Shown: one piece after another, positions 13,529 through 26,029 of the stretch
How the letters are laid out: every line of letters starts with the position of its first letter
Position numbering within the stretch: position 1 is the first letter of the stretch
NCBI GenBank assembly: GCA_013239625.1
Contig: MU054001.1
Location: 4,132,167-4,196,166 of the forward strand
Length of the DNA: 64,000 nucleotides
DNA from: Lama guanicoe
Lineage: Eukaryota
Reading direction: 5' to 3'
The notes under the pieces: generated by a model
Database searches by the model: none
The model's input: the letters and a program-made list of their open reading frames with translations, nothing else
Told to the model about the DNA's origin: nothing
Translations under genes and position numbers: made by a program

Positions 13529-14070
13529 GTCTTGGTCTGGGCTCCCCCAGCAGCAGATCCTGAGACAAGGATTTGAGTACAAGTGGTTTATTGGGAAGTG
13601 ATCACAGGAAACACTGAGAGGGGAATAGGGAATTGAGCCAAGGAAGGAGAAGAAGCCAATAAAGGGTGTGTTACTGAGCCAGTTATCTCTGCGGGCATCC
13701 AGAGCCTAATCTCACTGGGGAGCTGTGAGAAATAGGGTAGAGAATGCACCTCAAAGGGAATTGGGGCATTTATCTACCAGCTCCCATCAGCCATTGGTTG
13801 AGGGCTGCTCTGGGGATGGACTTAGGATTCCTTACATTTTGCACACGAGGCATGACATTCTGCTCACCTCAGTCCCATTCCTGGCTGCTCCTTGGTGGCA
13901 TTGACTCAGCACTCCAGCCTGCTGCATGTGTCAGCATAGTGGGCTCCAGCAGCCTGAGATAGCCCTCAGGCAGAGTCCCAAGGACTGGCATTTGGAAGTT
14001 CAGCCAGTGTTCATGGAAATGACAGATGCCAATGACCTGTGGTGGAGGCACAGACAGCAGCTACTCTGCA
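13529..14070. mobile_element. ERVL-type solo LTR (LTR16/LTR33-like)
   Basis: TGTCTTGGTCTGGGCTCCCCCAGCAGCAGATCCTGAGACAAGGATTTGAGTACAAGTGGTTTATTGGGAAG...GCCAATAAAGGGTGTGTTACTGAGCCAG. Confidence 0.65.
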
Positions 14071-15237
14071 AAAGTCTCACTGTATCTCAGAGATTCTGAT
14101 TGGGTCATGCGTGCATCACTGGACCAATATCTGAGGCTAGAGGGATGTGTTACGCTAGTTAAATTAGTCATGGAGTTAGGTAGGAAGGCAGTGGGCATGA
14201 GAGATTGGTGAGGAGGTGTTCCCTCTGTCTTCGTTGAAATGGGTGAGGATGGACCACAGCAGCTCTCAGAAGGTGAGTGGATGCTGGGTGACTAGAAAAA
14301 CAAAACATGCACAATACACTCCTCAAGCCAAAATTGCCAAGTTAATTGGAAGGTAAGCAGGTTGCATTTGGCTTTCCAAAAGCCCTTCTAGCCGAAACTT
14401 TGAGCTGGCCACTTGCCCTTGTCAGAATAGAAAGCATTAATTGAGTGCTGATTTGGGCCAGACACAGTGCCAGGCTCTGAGGGGGCACACACGAAAAGGC
14501 ATCACTTCTGTCCTCTGAAAGCTCCCAGCAAGGGTAGCAGTGGGAGGAAGAAATGACAGTGAGGACTGTTTCATCTACCATCTCATCAAATCTGTTCATG
14601 AGATGCCCCTGATTGCAACACACACACTCTTTATGAACCACCGAGAAAAACTAAAAGCCACCAATTCAATTATATTACACCATGAATTGTAATGCCTTCC
14701 AATTTCAGAAATAGGGAATGTAAAAAAAAAAAAAAGCCCATCTTCGAACTGATGGATTATGGTCATACTCTTATAGTTTGTAAAGGGTTTTTTGCTGACA
14801 TTATCCCAGAGATGCTCCCTACAAACCTATTTGGTAAGATCACCGCTATTTTCCATTTCATGAAACTGCACTCAGAGAAGTCAAGTGACTTGCCCAAGGT
14901 CACTCAGCTACCAAATAGTCAAAATGGGACTGCACCCCAGGTATGTCTGGTTGCAGAGCCAGGACACCACAGCCTGCCTGGCAAACTTCTTTGACTCCTG
15001 GTTCTTCTTTTTAAAAAGTGTGGACTCCTCCCATATCCACTTCCGTCCTGCTCGAAACCAACAGGGCGCCCAACCAGCACCACTTCCTTTCACTGCCACC
15101 ACCCACACACTCAAGCTTGAGATATTTCCATCCCCAGGACTCCTTCCCCTTAGAATATCTTCAGTTAGAACTGCTTGGTAACAGTTTATGTGATCGTTTC
15201 CTCACAGATATGCCTAAATAGTCCCAGGCTGAGAACC

Positions 15238-15395
15238 AGGGCTGGCTTTATGTGCAAGCCCCCTGGGCACTTATACGGGAGTTCGCACTTGGTTTAATGC
15301 TCTGCCATTGCCATCTTGAAATTCTTAATAACTTTGAATAAAGGATGCCATGTTTTCATTTTGCTCTGGACCCAGCAAATTATGTACCTGGTCCT
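15238..15395. mobile_element. hAT MER91-like DNA transposon remnant
   Basis: CAGGGCTGGCT...TTGGTTTAATGCTCTGCCATTGCCATCTTGAAATTCTTAATAA...CAAATTATGTACCTGGTCCTG with imperfect TIRs. Confidence 0.65.
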
Positions 15396-16333
15396 GCTGC
15401 TTTCAAAAGCAGCCGAGCAAGGAGTCAGCCTTGTTATCCCCATTCCTGGTACTCCTGTGGTCAGGGACCGAGTCCAGGTCACCCCTGCATGCTCTGAGAA
15501 CAGGCAGTGCTCAGTTCCCAGAACAGAAAGGGTGCTCAATAAGTACTGAATGAAGTGTGTGATGTGTGTGTGTGGTGTGCATACACACATGCACACACAA
15601 GACAGACTCTGGGTTCAGACTCTGGGTTCTTTCAGGTGCAGTTGACAGAGATTCCGTTCAAAGCAGCCAAAACGCAAAGGGCGCATTTATTGACTCACTG
15701 GATTAAAAAGTCCAAGAGGCTGATAATCCAGGAACTCAACTACCGTCACCAGGACACTGCTCAGTGCTCTGCTTTCTCTACTGCCGCCTTTTTATGGGGC
15801 AGCATCTCTTTTCAAGCCCCAAACACTCAAGACTGACTTACTACCAGCTTAGCAACCCCGGGAGAAACATTTTCACCAAAAGTTCCCACCAAAGTCAAGC
15901 CTCAGCCACATCCCTACCCCTGCACCAATCTCCAAGCCAGGAGCTGTGATATTCTCATTAGCAGGTTTGGGTCACGTGCCCACTCCAGAACCAGTCACTG
16001 GCCCTTGCAGTGATGATACTTTCATTGGTCAGCTTGGGTCCTGGATGGGAGGGGAGGGTCTCCAGAGGGAAGTCAGGATGCTGTTCTCGAGAAAATGTAT
16101 TGGCATAACCAAACAGTGAACATCAAGGCTTCTCTCTGCCTTTCTTCTGACTGGTCTCTTAGCTCTGGGCAGCCTGAGGACCCTGTGGACCAGGAAGGGC
16201 AACCTTGCCAACCTAGCAAAAGGGGAAGGTCAGGGAAATATCACAGACCAGGCAAGCAAAGAGCGAAGAACAGTCAGCAGCATCGAGGCAGAAGAGGCAG
16301 CGTCCCAGGGCAGATGGTCATTCCGCATAATTA

Positions 16334-16348
16334 CCACCAGAGGGCAGC
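16334..16348 (+). promoter_or_regulatory. Consensus CTCF core motif
   Basis: CCACCAGAGGGCAGC matches CCRSYAGRKGGCRS; occupancy not shown. Confidence 0.55.
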
Positions 16349-17259
16349 TCTGCCTGGAAACAATGGTAAACAGGAGGTTTACATTAGAGGGCTACAGGTG
16401 ACTCCTGTCCTTGCCTGAGCGTAGCAAATACTGCCAGCTCTTACTAAGCCCGGCCCTGTCCTAAGCACTTTCTGTGCATCAACTCACTGAATTATGACCA
16501 GTGAAGCTGGTACATTTATTACCTTATCCTACAGATGAAGAAACTGAGGCTTTGCAGAAGTTAAGTCATGGGTCCAAGGCCATATAGCTAGAAAGGGGCA
16601 AGTTATGTGTCTGTTCTACTCAACTCTGAGCCTCCTGAGGTCAGGGGCTGTGTCTTGTTCTTGTCTGAGGACCCCACAGACTCTAACACAGTCACTATTT
16701 GCTTAATGAGTATCTGTTGAAGTGAGAGCCTGGGGGCTCAGGGGTCATCTCTGCATTCCCCACCCTCCCACCCCACTCATCCCTGCCCCTGGAGGAGAAG
16801 GCTGGCCTCAGGTCAGGCAAGACCTCGTCCAGGTGTGCTGCATCTTGGAAGGTGATTCTTACAGCCTGCCCTGGCTGTGTTGTGCCCGAATCTCAGGGAT
16901 CAACAACTCACAGGTGGAAGCTTTAGATTTTGCAATGGCTTGGCAATTCTGAAGTCTCATCCTGTAGGTTTCTATCTTTGTCACTTCCAACGTGTGCTGT
17001 GCAGTTGAGGGGGGTTTGGGGAAGAGCACAGGTAACGTGAAGTCATCAGCAACCCAGACTGAGCGCCCACTGCGGGCCAAACACCAAGCTAAGTGCCTGG
17101 AGGGAGAAAGAGGTAAGTGTGACACCACCCCCTCACCCCTACTCCCCTCTTGGAAGAAGAAATCAGTGGCAGCCAGAAGAAAGAACACAGAAGGAAGTTC
17201 TGCCTACCATAAGAGAGAAGTCCAAGCCTCTAATCATTTGGGTAACAAAAATGTATTCT

Positions 17260-17860
17260 GTACATGCTAAGCGCAAGGTGCAGGAGATACAGCAGTAAAC
17301 AAAACAGAAAGATGGACACAGCTCTTGCCCTCATGAAGCTCTTCATCTAATGGGGAGACTGATAGTAAATAAATGTATAATTGCAAGTGTGATGTGTTTA
17401 AGGGGAACAGGAAAAACACAGACTACTATGAAAGCAACTATAAGGGACTCCTTTCTGCAGGGCTTTGGGGGTTACTTTCTGAGAAAGATGAGAAGGAGCC
17501 TGCTGGATGAAGAACGTGGGGACAGCCTTCCAGAATAAAAGAACAGCAGGTATGAGAATACTATTTACAAACATAAAATTCTGGCATACATGGCATATTT
17601 ACAGACTGAAATTCAAGATATTATGTCTGGAGTAGAATGAGTCAAAGTGGATAATGGTTTAAGATTAGGTCAGAAAGAAGGGCCCAGGACAAGAGCTCAG
17701 GTTTTATCTGAGTGTGAGGAAAGGCCACCGAAGGGTTGTGAAAAGGGTGATGGCACAGTCTAAGCTAATCTACGTTTGTAAAGGTCACTCTGGCTGTCAC
17801 AGAGAGAGTGGGTGGAGAGTGCGGCAGGCTGGAGGCTGGGAAACATGGCGGCCCTTGGTA
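17260..17860. mobile_element. L2 LINE remnant
   Basis: GATACAGCAGTAAACAAAACAG...CTTGCCCTCATGAAGCT...AAAGGTCACTCTGGCTG. Confidence 0.6.
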
Positions 17861-18699
17861 AGTCAATGTCAAGGATGCATAGATGAAGAGGTATTTCCTC
17901 CTAATGGGGGCATCTGTGAAGGCTTTGAGGAGGGGACTCCCCCCCTCAAGTTAAAGCTGAAAAGCCTGGAATGGAGGAGAAGGCTGAATTCCTCCTTCCA
18001 AGTATTTTCCTCTTGAATACAGGGAAAACCTGTTTTTCCTTTTTCTGCCTCAGAAACTACAAAGCAATGGGCATTCATCAATCAATCAGTGCCTCCAAAT
18101 CACCTACACAGAGGGTTAAACAACAATCATAACAAACCATCAGCAGTTCCATGTGCGCATAACCCAATGACATTGTCAAATCTGGCATAAATAGATCTGG
18201 CTGAGCCTCACAAATTTTCTCCTGGGGCTGACAATGTCAGCAATTCTGAATCTGATCCCCACTGACCTCTGAAAAACAAGGTCACAGGAGAGAGGGGCAG
18301 AAAAATCTTCCCTGGTTGCATTTCCCCGAGAAAGTGGGCACATTCACCTCTGGGATGAGCAGGGCGGTGTCGACCAAGCCAGTCAGAGTGTGATTAGTTG
18401 AAAAGAGTCTCTCTGCCAGCTCTTCACTGGTGATCCAGTCTCATGAGGAGCAAGAGTTCACATTTCGCGAAGCCTGTTGTGTTGTTAAATTCTATGTGTT
18501 TCTATTCAACCAGGTATTGCCTGCCAGCCAAGTTTGCATAGTGACGTGCCTCCAGACTGCATCCATCTCAAGACAGGTACCAGTCCTCCCTGTTCACATC
18601 CTTCCTCTCGCTGAGCCCTCACAACAGCAGAAGGCAGGTAGAGAAACTGAATTTAGAAGCTGTTTTGGTTTTGTTTCTACTGAATTTATTTTGCCATTC

Positions 18700-19190
18700 C
18701 AGCATCCATTCTTCAATCCTGTGGTGACATCACCCTAATTTTTCCTGGGGAATCTCAACTTAGCCCACATGGTTTAGGTGGTACCAGCCTCCCACTCAAG
18801 TTCCAAGGATAGACTTATGACCTAGACTTGGCTTGTCATGAAATCCACCACCATCATGGCCACACCCTGCCACTTCACGGTGATTGCTTCAGAGTGGGCA
18901 TGTGATCTAAATTGGCTCAATCAGATAACCCCATGACTTTCTGCTGGACTGCTGGGGGAAAGGAGCGTTCTCTTTTTTCTGAATTGGGATCTATGAGGCT
19001 GTCAGCATGGAGCTGCTGGAGGCCATTAGAGTCTGTGTAAGAGTAGGATCAGTGCAGAGGAAGCAGAGCCGAGAGATTCGAAGCCTGAATCTTATGACAT
19101 CATTTGAGCTTCTGAATGTAGCCATACCTAAAACTCAACCTCATTAGGGGTGGGTTTCTGACATCGCCGAATGAAAGCATTCTGACTGTC
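18700..19190. mobile_element. MaLR MLT1-type LTR
   Basis: GAGTGGGCATGTGATCTAAATTGGCTCAATCAGA...GGAGCTGCTGGAGGCCAT...GACATCATTTGAGCTTCTGAAT. Confidence 0.6.
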
Positions 19191-22100
19191 ACATGAAAGC
19201 TGAGCAATACAAGGGTGGGGACCAGGCATTCTGATTTCTAGTCCAGTGCTTCTACCCTGTAACATGTTCCAGGTGACTTTATCCAACCACATAGCCAAAC
19301 TTGACTAATCTGTATGGCTTTATGGTTTACTAAAAGGTGAATATTTTTGAAACAAAAACATTTGATCACAACATTATTTAATCTAACTGAATCACTGAGC
19401 CATGGAAGGGCCTGGGGGCTTACATCATTGAGTAGTTTTCAGATTTTTAGCGCCTTCTTATTTCAAATAAATATTAAGCAGAGCTCCTGTATAAGGAATA
19501 AAAGCAGTGTCTTGTTAGTGAAAATGTACTTTATCTTTTAAGTTAAAAGTTTTAACATTTACTTTTTTATATTCAATGAACTAAATTTTAATGTATCTGT
19601 TTCCCAGGTATAAAAATTGGTTATTTTTAATAGAGGAAATCAATAGAGGAAAATCAATGAAACCAAAAGCTGATTCTTTGAAGAGATAATAAAAATCAAT
19701 AAGCTTCTAGCCAGGCCAAGAAAAAAAGAGAAAAGACACAAATTACTAATATCAGAAAAGAAAGAGAGAATATTATTACAGGGTAATACAGGAATACTAT
19801 GAACAACTCTATGCCAATAAACTTGATAATCTAGAGGAAATGGACCAATTCCTTGAAAGATACAATTTGCCAGACTCACAAAAGAAGAAATACACTATCT
19901 GAATAGGCCTGGATCTATTAAATAATTGAATTAATAATTAATAACCTTCAAAAAGAGAAAGCCCAGATGGGTTCACTGGTGAAATCTACCAGACACTTAA
20001 GGAAGAAAATATGCAAATTCTTTACGATCTCTTTCAGAGGACAGAAGAGGGACTACTACCTAACTCATACTATGAGGCCAGCATTACCCTAATACCAACA
20101 CCAGTCAGAGACATTACAAGAAAACTACACACAATATCGCTCATGAGCATAGATACAAAAATCCTCAACAAAATACTAGCAAATAGAATCCAATGATGTA
20201 TAAAAGAATTGTATTCTACATCTAGATGGGATTTATCCCAGGCATGTTAGACTTGTTCAACCTTCAAAAGTCATTTAACATAATCCATCACATCAATAGG
20301 CTAAAGAAGAAAAATAACATGATCATATAAATAGAAAAAGAGCATTTGACAAAATCTAACACCCATTCCTGATTAAAAATAAAAAACTCTCAATAAACTA
20401 GAATAGAGGAGAACTTCCTCATCTTGATAAAAAATAGCCACCCAAAAAACCTGCAGCTAACAGCATTCTTAACAATGAGAAACACGAAGCTTTCCCTCTA
20501 AGATCAGGTACAAGAGGAATGTCCCTTCTCAACACTCCTTTTTAAACACTGTCCTGGCAGTTCTAGCCAATGCAATAAGACAAGACAAGAAAATACAAAT
20601 TGGAGAGGAAGAAATTATCTTTGTTCCCAGATTACATGATCATCTGTGTAGAAAATCTGAAAGAATTGAAAAAAACTGGAACTAATAAGTGATTACAGCA
20701 AGGTTTCAGGAATCAAGGTCAATATGCAGAGGCCAAACCTTTTCCTATATACCACAATGAACAAGTAGAATTTGAAATTAAAAACATAATACCATTTACA
20801 TTAGCACTCCCCAAAAATGTATCACTTAGATATAAATCTAACAAAATATGAATGAGATCTATATGAGGAAAACTGCAAAACTCTGATGAAAGGAATCAAA
20901 AAAAAATGGAGAGATATTCCATATTCACAGATAGGAAGGCTCAATATTGTGAAGATGTCAGTGGTTCCCAACTTAATATATAGATTCAATGCAATCCCCA
21001 TCAAAATCCTAGAAAATTGTTTTGTGGATATTGACAAACTGAGTCTAAAGTTTATATGGAGAGACAAAAGACCCAGAGTAGCCAAAACAATACTAAAGAA
21101 GAAAAAAGTTGGAAGGCTGACACTACGCAACCTCAAAATTCACAATAAAGCTACAGTAATCAAGAGAGTGTGGTGTTGGTAAAAGAACAGACACATAGAT
21201 CAACAGAACAGAAAAACAACCCAGAAGTAGACCCACATAAGTACAGACAACTGACAGGAGTAAAGGCCGTATAATGGAGAAAAGAGTCCTTCCAACAAGT
21301 GGTCCTGGAACAGCTGAACGTCCTCATGTGAAAAAATGAATCAGGACACAGGCCTCACATCCTTCAAAAAGTCAAAATGGATCACAGACCTAAAATAAAA
21401 TGTAAATCTATAATACTCCTGGAAGATAATAAAGGAGAAAACCCAGGTGACCTCAGGTGTGGCAATGACTTTTTTAGCTCCAACACAAAAGGCACACAAA
21501 TCCATAAAATAAATTATTGACAAAGCTGGACTTCATTAAAATGAAAAGCTTCCACTCTGAGAAAGAGTCAAGAGAACAAGAAGACAAGCCACAGACTGGG
21601 AGAAAAGATTAGCAGAAGACAATCTGATAAAGGACAATTATCCAAAATATACAAAGAACCCTTAAAACTCAACAATAAGAAGATGAACAACCTGATTTAA
21701 AAGTGGGCCAAAGACCTTAACAAAGAAGATTTACGGATGGCAAATAAGTATATGAAAAGATGCTTGATATCATATGCCATCAGGGAAATGCAAATTAAAA
21801 TAACAATTAGATGCCAGTACACACCTATTAAAAAGGCCAAAATCCAGAACACTGACAACACCAGGTGCTGATGAGGATGTGGAGAAACAGGAACTCCTTC
21901 ACTGCTGGTAGGAATGCAAAATGGTACAGCCACTTTGGAAGACAATCTGGCAGCTTCTTACAAAACTAAATATACTCTCACCATTTGATCTAGGAATCAT
22001 GCTCCTTGGTATTTATCCGAAGGAGTTGAAACTTATGTCCACACAAAAACTTGCAGGATGTTTATAGTAGCTTTATTCAAAATTGCCCAACCTTGGAAAT

Positions 22101-22219
22101 AACCCAGATGTCCTTCAGTAGGTGAGGGTTAAATAAACTGGCACACCCAAACAATGAAGTATTATTCTATGCTAGAAAGAAATGAGTTACCAAGCCATGA
22201 AAAGATATGGAGGAACCTT

Positions 22220-22382
22220 TTTTTTTTTTTCAGTTGAAGTGTAGTCAGTTTACAATGTGTCAATTCCTGGTGCACAGCATAATGTTTCAGTCACATATAC
22301 TTTTTCATACTCTTTTTCATTATAGGTTACTACAAGATATTGAATATAGTTCCCCATACTATACAGAAGAAACTTGTTCTTT
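22220..22382 (-). mobile_element. Short lineage-specific L1 3'-end insertion nested in the older L1
   Basis: Poly-T, then TTGAAGTGTAGTCAGTTTACAATG; TSD AGATATGGAGGAACCTT (22203-22219) / AGACGTGGAGGAATCTT (22383-22399). Confidence 0.85.
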
Positions 22383-22450
22383 AGACGTGGAGGAATCTTA
22401 AATGCATATTACTAAGTGAAAGGAGCCAATCTGAAAAATACAACATACTA

Positions 22451-22921
22451 CAGATCTTCAATGACCTATGAGGGGGTTACATCTTGATAAACCCATCATA
22501 AGTTGAAAATATTATAAATTGAAAATGCATATAACCTACCAAACTTCATAGCTTAGCCTAGCCCACCTTAAATGTGCTCAGAACACTTACATTAGCCTAC
22601 AGTTGGGCAAAATCTTAGAACACAAAGCCTCTTGTATAATACAGTGTTGAATATATCATGCAATTTATTGAATACTGTACTGAAAGTGAAAAGCAGAATG
22701 GCTGTATGGGTACAGGATGGTTGTAAGTGTTTATCTGTTGTTTGCTCTCATGCTGCTGCTGCCCAGCAGCATGAGAGAGGATTGTAGCAACAATCGCCAG
22801 ACTGGGAAAAGATCAACAGTCAAAATTCAAAATTATAATACAGCTTCTACTGAATGCATATCGCTTTCGCACCATCCAAAGTCAAAGATCTTAAGTTGAA
22901 CCATTGTAAGTCAGGACCGTC
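22451..22921 (+). mobile_element. TcMar-Tigger non-autonomous DNA transposon (MER47/Tigger5-like)
   Basis: Follows TA; starts CAGAT...GGGGTTACATCTTGATAAACCCATC; internal GCTTAGCCTAGCCCACCTTAAATGTGCTCAGAACACTTACATTAGCCTACAGTTGGGCAAAATC; ends CCATTGTAAGTCAGGACCGTC. Confidence 0.8.
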
Positions 22922-23614
22922 AACCATGTGACATCCTGGAAGAGGCAAAACTATAGAGACAGTAAAGAGATCAGTGGCTGCCAGGGATTGTGGGGGATGA
23001 TGAGCTGAATAGGCAGAGCACAGAGGATTTTTAGGGCAGTGCAAATACTCAGTATGACACTGTAATCATGGGGATATGTCATTACACATTTGTCCAAACC
23101 CACTGAAGGTACAACACCAAGAGAGAACCCTAGTGTGAACTATGGACTTTGGGTGATTATGATGTGTCAGCCTAGGTTCACCAAACATAGCAAATGTACA
23201 CGCTGATGAGGAATGTTAATTAACAGTGGATGTTATGCATGTGTTGGGAGCTGGGGATACTTGGGAAATCTCTGTACCTCCCTCTCATTTTTCTGTGAAT
23301 CTAAAACTACCCTTAAAATTGTCTTTAAAATAATATATATAATGGTATGTGGGTGATTACCAGTTTTTTTAATAGTTTGAAAGTTTTAAATAGTTTAAAA
23401 ATTAAAAGTAGTTTAATAGTTTTTTTTCATTTTTAAGTCCCTCAGATTTTTTTTTATTTTTCTATTGAGCTTTCAAGTAAAAACATGGACACACGAGTTT
23501 GTCTGGCTCTGTCAAAGTTCTCCTTTTGGGCTCTAGTTGTTCTAATGTTGGAGAGAGTTTCCCCTTTGCTTGTTGAAAAAAATAAAGCCTAAGTCAAAAT
23601 TAATGCTCTAAATG

Positions 23615-23780
23615 GTACTTCTCAAAATGAATACTTATTTATGAATCACCCAGGGATCATGTTAAAAATGTAAGTTCTGCTTCCATAGTTTTGGGATGGG
23701 GGCCTGAGATTGTGCATTTCTCCTAAGCTTCTAGGTGCTGCCAATGCAGCTCAAGAAGGGACCCCACTTTGAGCACCCAG
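23615..23780. mobile_element. hAT-Charlie MER5A-like element
   Basis: TTCTCAAA...GAATCACCCAGGGATCATGTTAAAAATG...GGGGCCTGAGATTGTGCATTTCT...CCACTTTGAG. Confidence 0.7.
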
Positions 23781-23867
23781 TCTCGAGAATACACAACAAA
23801 GCATGAATGTATCTCCTGAAGCAAGGACATGAGAATCACTACCAAACTCCCACTTGAAAAACAAATC

Positions 23868-23950
23868 GGATGCTGTACACCAGAAATTGACACAACACTG
23901 TAAACTGACTATACTTCAATAAATACACATATACAGAAAAAGAAAAACAA
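23868..23950 (+). mobile_element. Very short L1 3'-end fragment
   Basis: ATGCTGTACACCAGAAATTGACACAACACTGTAAACTGACTATACTTCAATAAA, the same terminus as the copy at 62986-63040. Confidence 0.75.
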
Positions 23951-24141
23951 ATTGGAAAATAACTGGAATGACATATTCCAAAATGTTACAGAAACTGGTG
24001 GGATTATAAGCAATTTGAAATGTCGTCCTCATGCCTAGCTATATTTTCAAAGTTATCTATAATGAGTATGTATCACTTAGGTAATAAACAAGCTTAAAAC
24101 TAAATAACAGAACCAAGACAAATCTAAAATAGACACATACA

Positions 24142-24250
24142 TTTTTTTTTTTAAATTGAAGTATAGTCAGTTACAACGTGTCAATTTCTGGCTTACAGCA
24201 CACAGGGAGCTATATTCAATATCTTGTAGTAACCTATAGTAACCTGTATA
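24142..24250 (-). mobile_element. Short L1 3'-end insertion with inverted 5' segment
   Basis: Poly-T and minus-strand terminus (24142-24200) joined to plus-strand CACAGGGAGCTATATTCAATATCTTGTAG. Confidence 0.75.
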
Positions 24251-25257
24251 TACATAACCTGGCATGTATCTTTTAAATAAACCTTTTCTCGGATATTGAC
24301 AGAACCTCAGAAGTACTTCCCAGAACCAACAGAGTTTAGAAGACACCAGCCTAGCCCTCCTTCTGCAGAGAGAGGGGAAGAGCCATGCCCAGGTCTCACA
24401 GCTGGTGTTCGCAAAGCCAGGGCTGTGGGACCTTAGAGATCCAGGTGACACAGATCCAGATCCCACAGCCACAGCATACAGTGACTTTCTGTGAAGGGGA
24501 TTCGATCCTGGGTGCTCTCCCCAGAGCAGGACTCCAAGGAGCAGTGATGCACCGTGTTCAAACCTGCGGGACCGTTTGTGAGCTGCTGACTCTCTCCCCA
24601 GCCTTGGGCTCCAGCAAAATGCCCAGCCATCTCGAAGGAGGTTGTTCCATCCGCTTTATCCCACTTTACAGAGTGAATCTCCCACTCTAGAGCCTGCGTT
24701 CAAGGCTTCAGCCACCATGCCTCTGCTTCTCTTTCTCATGGCAACCCCCCTACTCCCCCAGCATCCCCACTTTGATGTCCTTGCCTGAACAGTTCTACTT
24801 GTTTGATCCACCCTTTCCCAGCCCTGAACAGACCTTTGCAGGGAGGGCTTGGAGAGTCCCTGCAGCCCGGCCCAGCTCCTTCCCCATCACAGCCCTCACC
24901 AGCTCTGGCATGGGGCATCCTCCAGGATGCCTCACTCTCCCGGTCTTCAACCTCTGCCTTCTCCTATTTCACTGACCTCACGGATATTGAGGGTCCTCGA
25001 GGCTCTATCAGCTCCAATCACTCTGTTCTCATCTCCCAGGTGGTCTCATTGACTCCGGAGTTTCCAAACACATCTCTAGGCCAAAAGCCTTTTCAGACCT
25101 ACCTCTCCTTTGAGCTCTGGTGCACCATCCTACAGCCCTCACGCTGGTCTAAGCCACCACTATCTCCCCCAAGTCCGTACCAACTCCTAGCTGCTTTCCG
25201 GGCCTTGTCTCCTACTGCACAATTCCTTCCTCATTCAGAAGCCTAAGCACTCTTCTT

Positions 25258-25802
25258 TTTTTTAACTGAACTTGAATAATTGCTGTACAATATTATGTAA
25301 GTTACAGGTGTACAATATAGTGGTTCGTAATTTTTAAAGATTATATTCCGTTTATAGTTACTACAAAATATTGGCTACATTCCCCATGTTGTACACAATA
25401 TCCTTGTAGCTTATTTTATACAGAATAGTTTTGCCTTTTAATCCCCTATGCCTACATTGTCCTCTCCCCACAGGTTAACCACTAACTTGTTCTCTATCTC
25501 TGTGAGTCTGCTTCCTTTTTGTTGTAGTCACTAATTTGTTGTATTTTTTTATATTCCACATATAAGTGGTATCATTTGTCTTTCTCCATCTGACTTATTT
25601 CACTTAGCATAATATCCTCCAAATCCATCCATGTTGCTGCAAATGAAAACGTTTCATTCTTTTCTATGGCTGAGCAGTATCCCACTATGTATTTATACGA
25701 TATCACATCTTCTTTATCCAGTCCTCTGTTGATGGACATTTAGGTTACTTCCATATCTTGGCTATTGTAAATAGTGCTGCTGTGAACACTGGATTGCATG
25801 TT
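25258..25802 (-). mobile_element. LINE-1 3' fragment (ORF2 end and 3' UTR) with 14-bp TSD
   Basis: CTGACTTATTTCACTTAGCATAAT...TCCATCCATGTTGCTGCAAATG; TSD TAAGCACTCTTCTT (25244-25257) / TAAGCATTCTTCTT (25803-25816). Confidence 0.88.
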
Positions 25803-26029
25803 TAAGCATTCTTCTTAAATTGTAAGCCTGGTCATGTGCCCACACCTGCTGCCTTCAGAGACACCCCAAATAAAAGCAAACATCTTGGCCACAGTTCCTG
25901 AGGTTCGGCCCAGCCCACCCTTATCTCCCAGCACTCTCCCCCGTTTCTCTTGCTCCACCTGGCCCTCTCACTTCCTTGAACGCACCACACTTTTTCCCAC
26001 CTTCGCACATGCTGATCCCTCTGCCTGTT

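Larger units (their letters stand above)
19630..23330 (+). mobile_element. Old 5'-truncated LINE-1 (L1MC-like); decayed ORF2 RT/C-terminus and 3' UTR, with two nested insertions
   Basis: ORF fragments [34 protein letters not shown] and KWRDIPYSQIGRLNIVKMSVVPNLIYRFNAIPIKI are L1 ORF2; many stops and frameshifts; 3' end GGAAATCTCTGTACCTCCCTCTCATTTTTCTGTGAATCTAAAACT. Confidence 0.92.

Noticed and set aside
10703..15628. Short tandem duplications ATCCATGTCTGGA x2 (10703-10729) and CAGACTCTGGGTT x2 (15603-15628)
   Set aside because: Ordinary slippage-type duplications at repeat edges with no sign of function.
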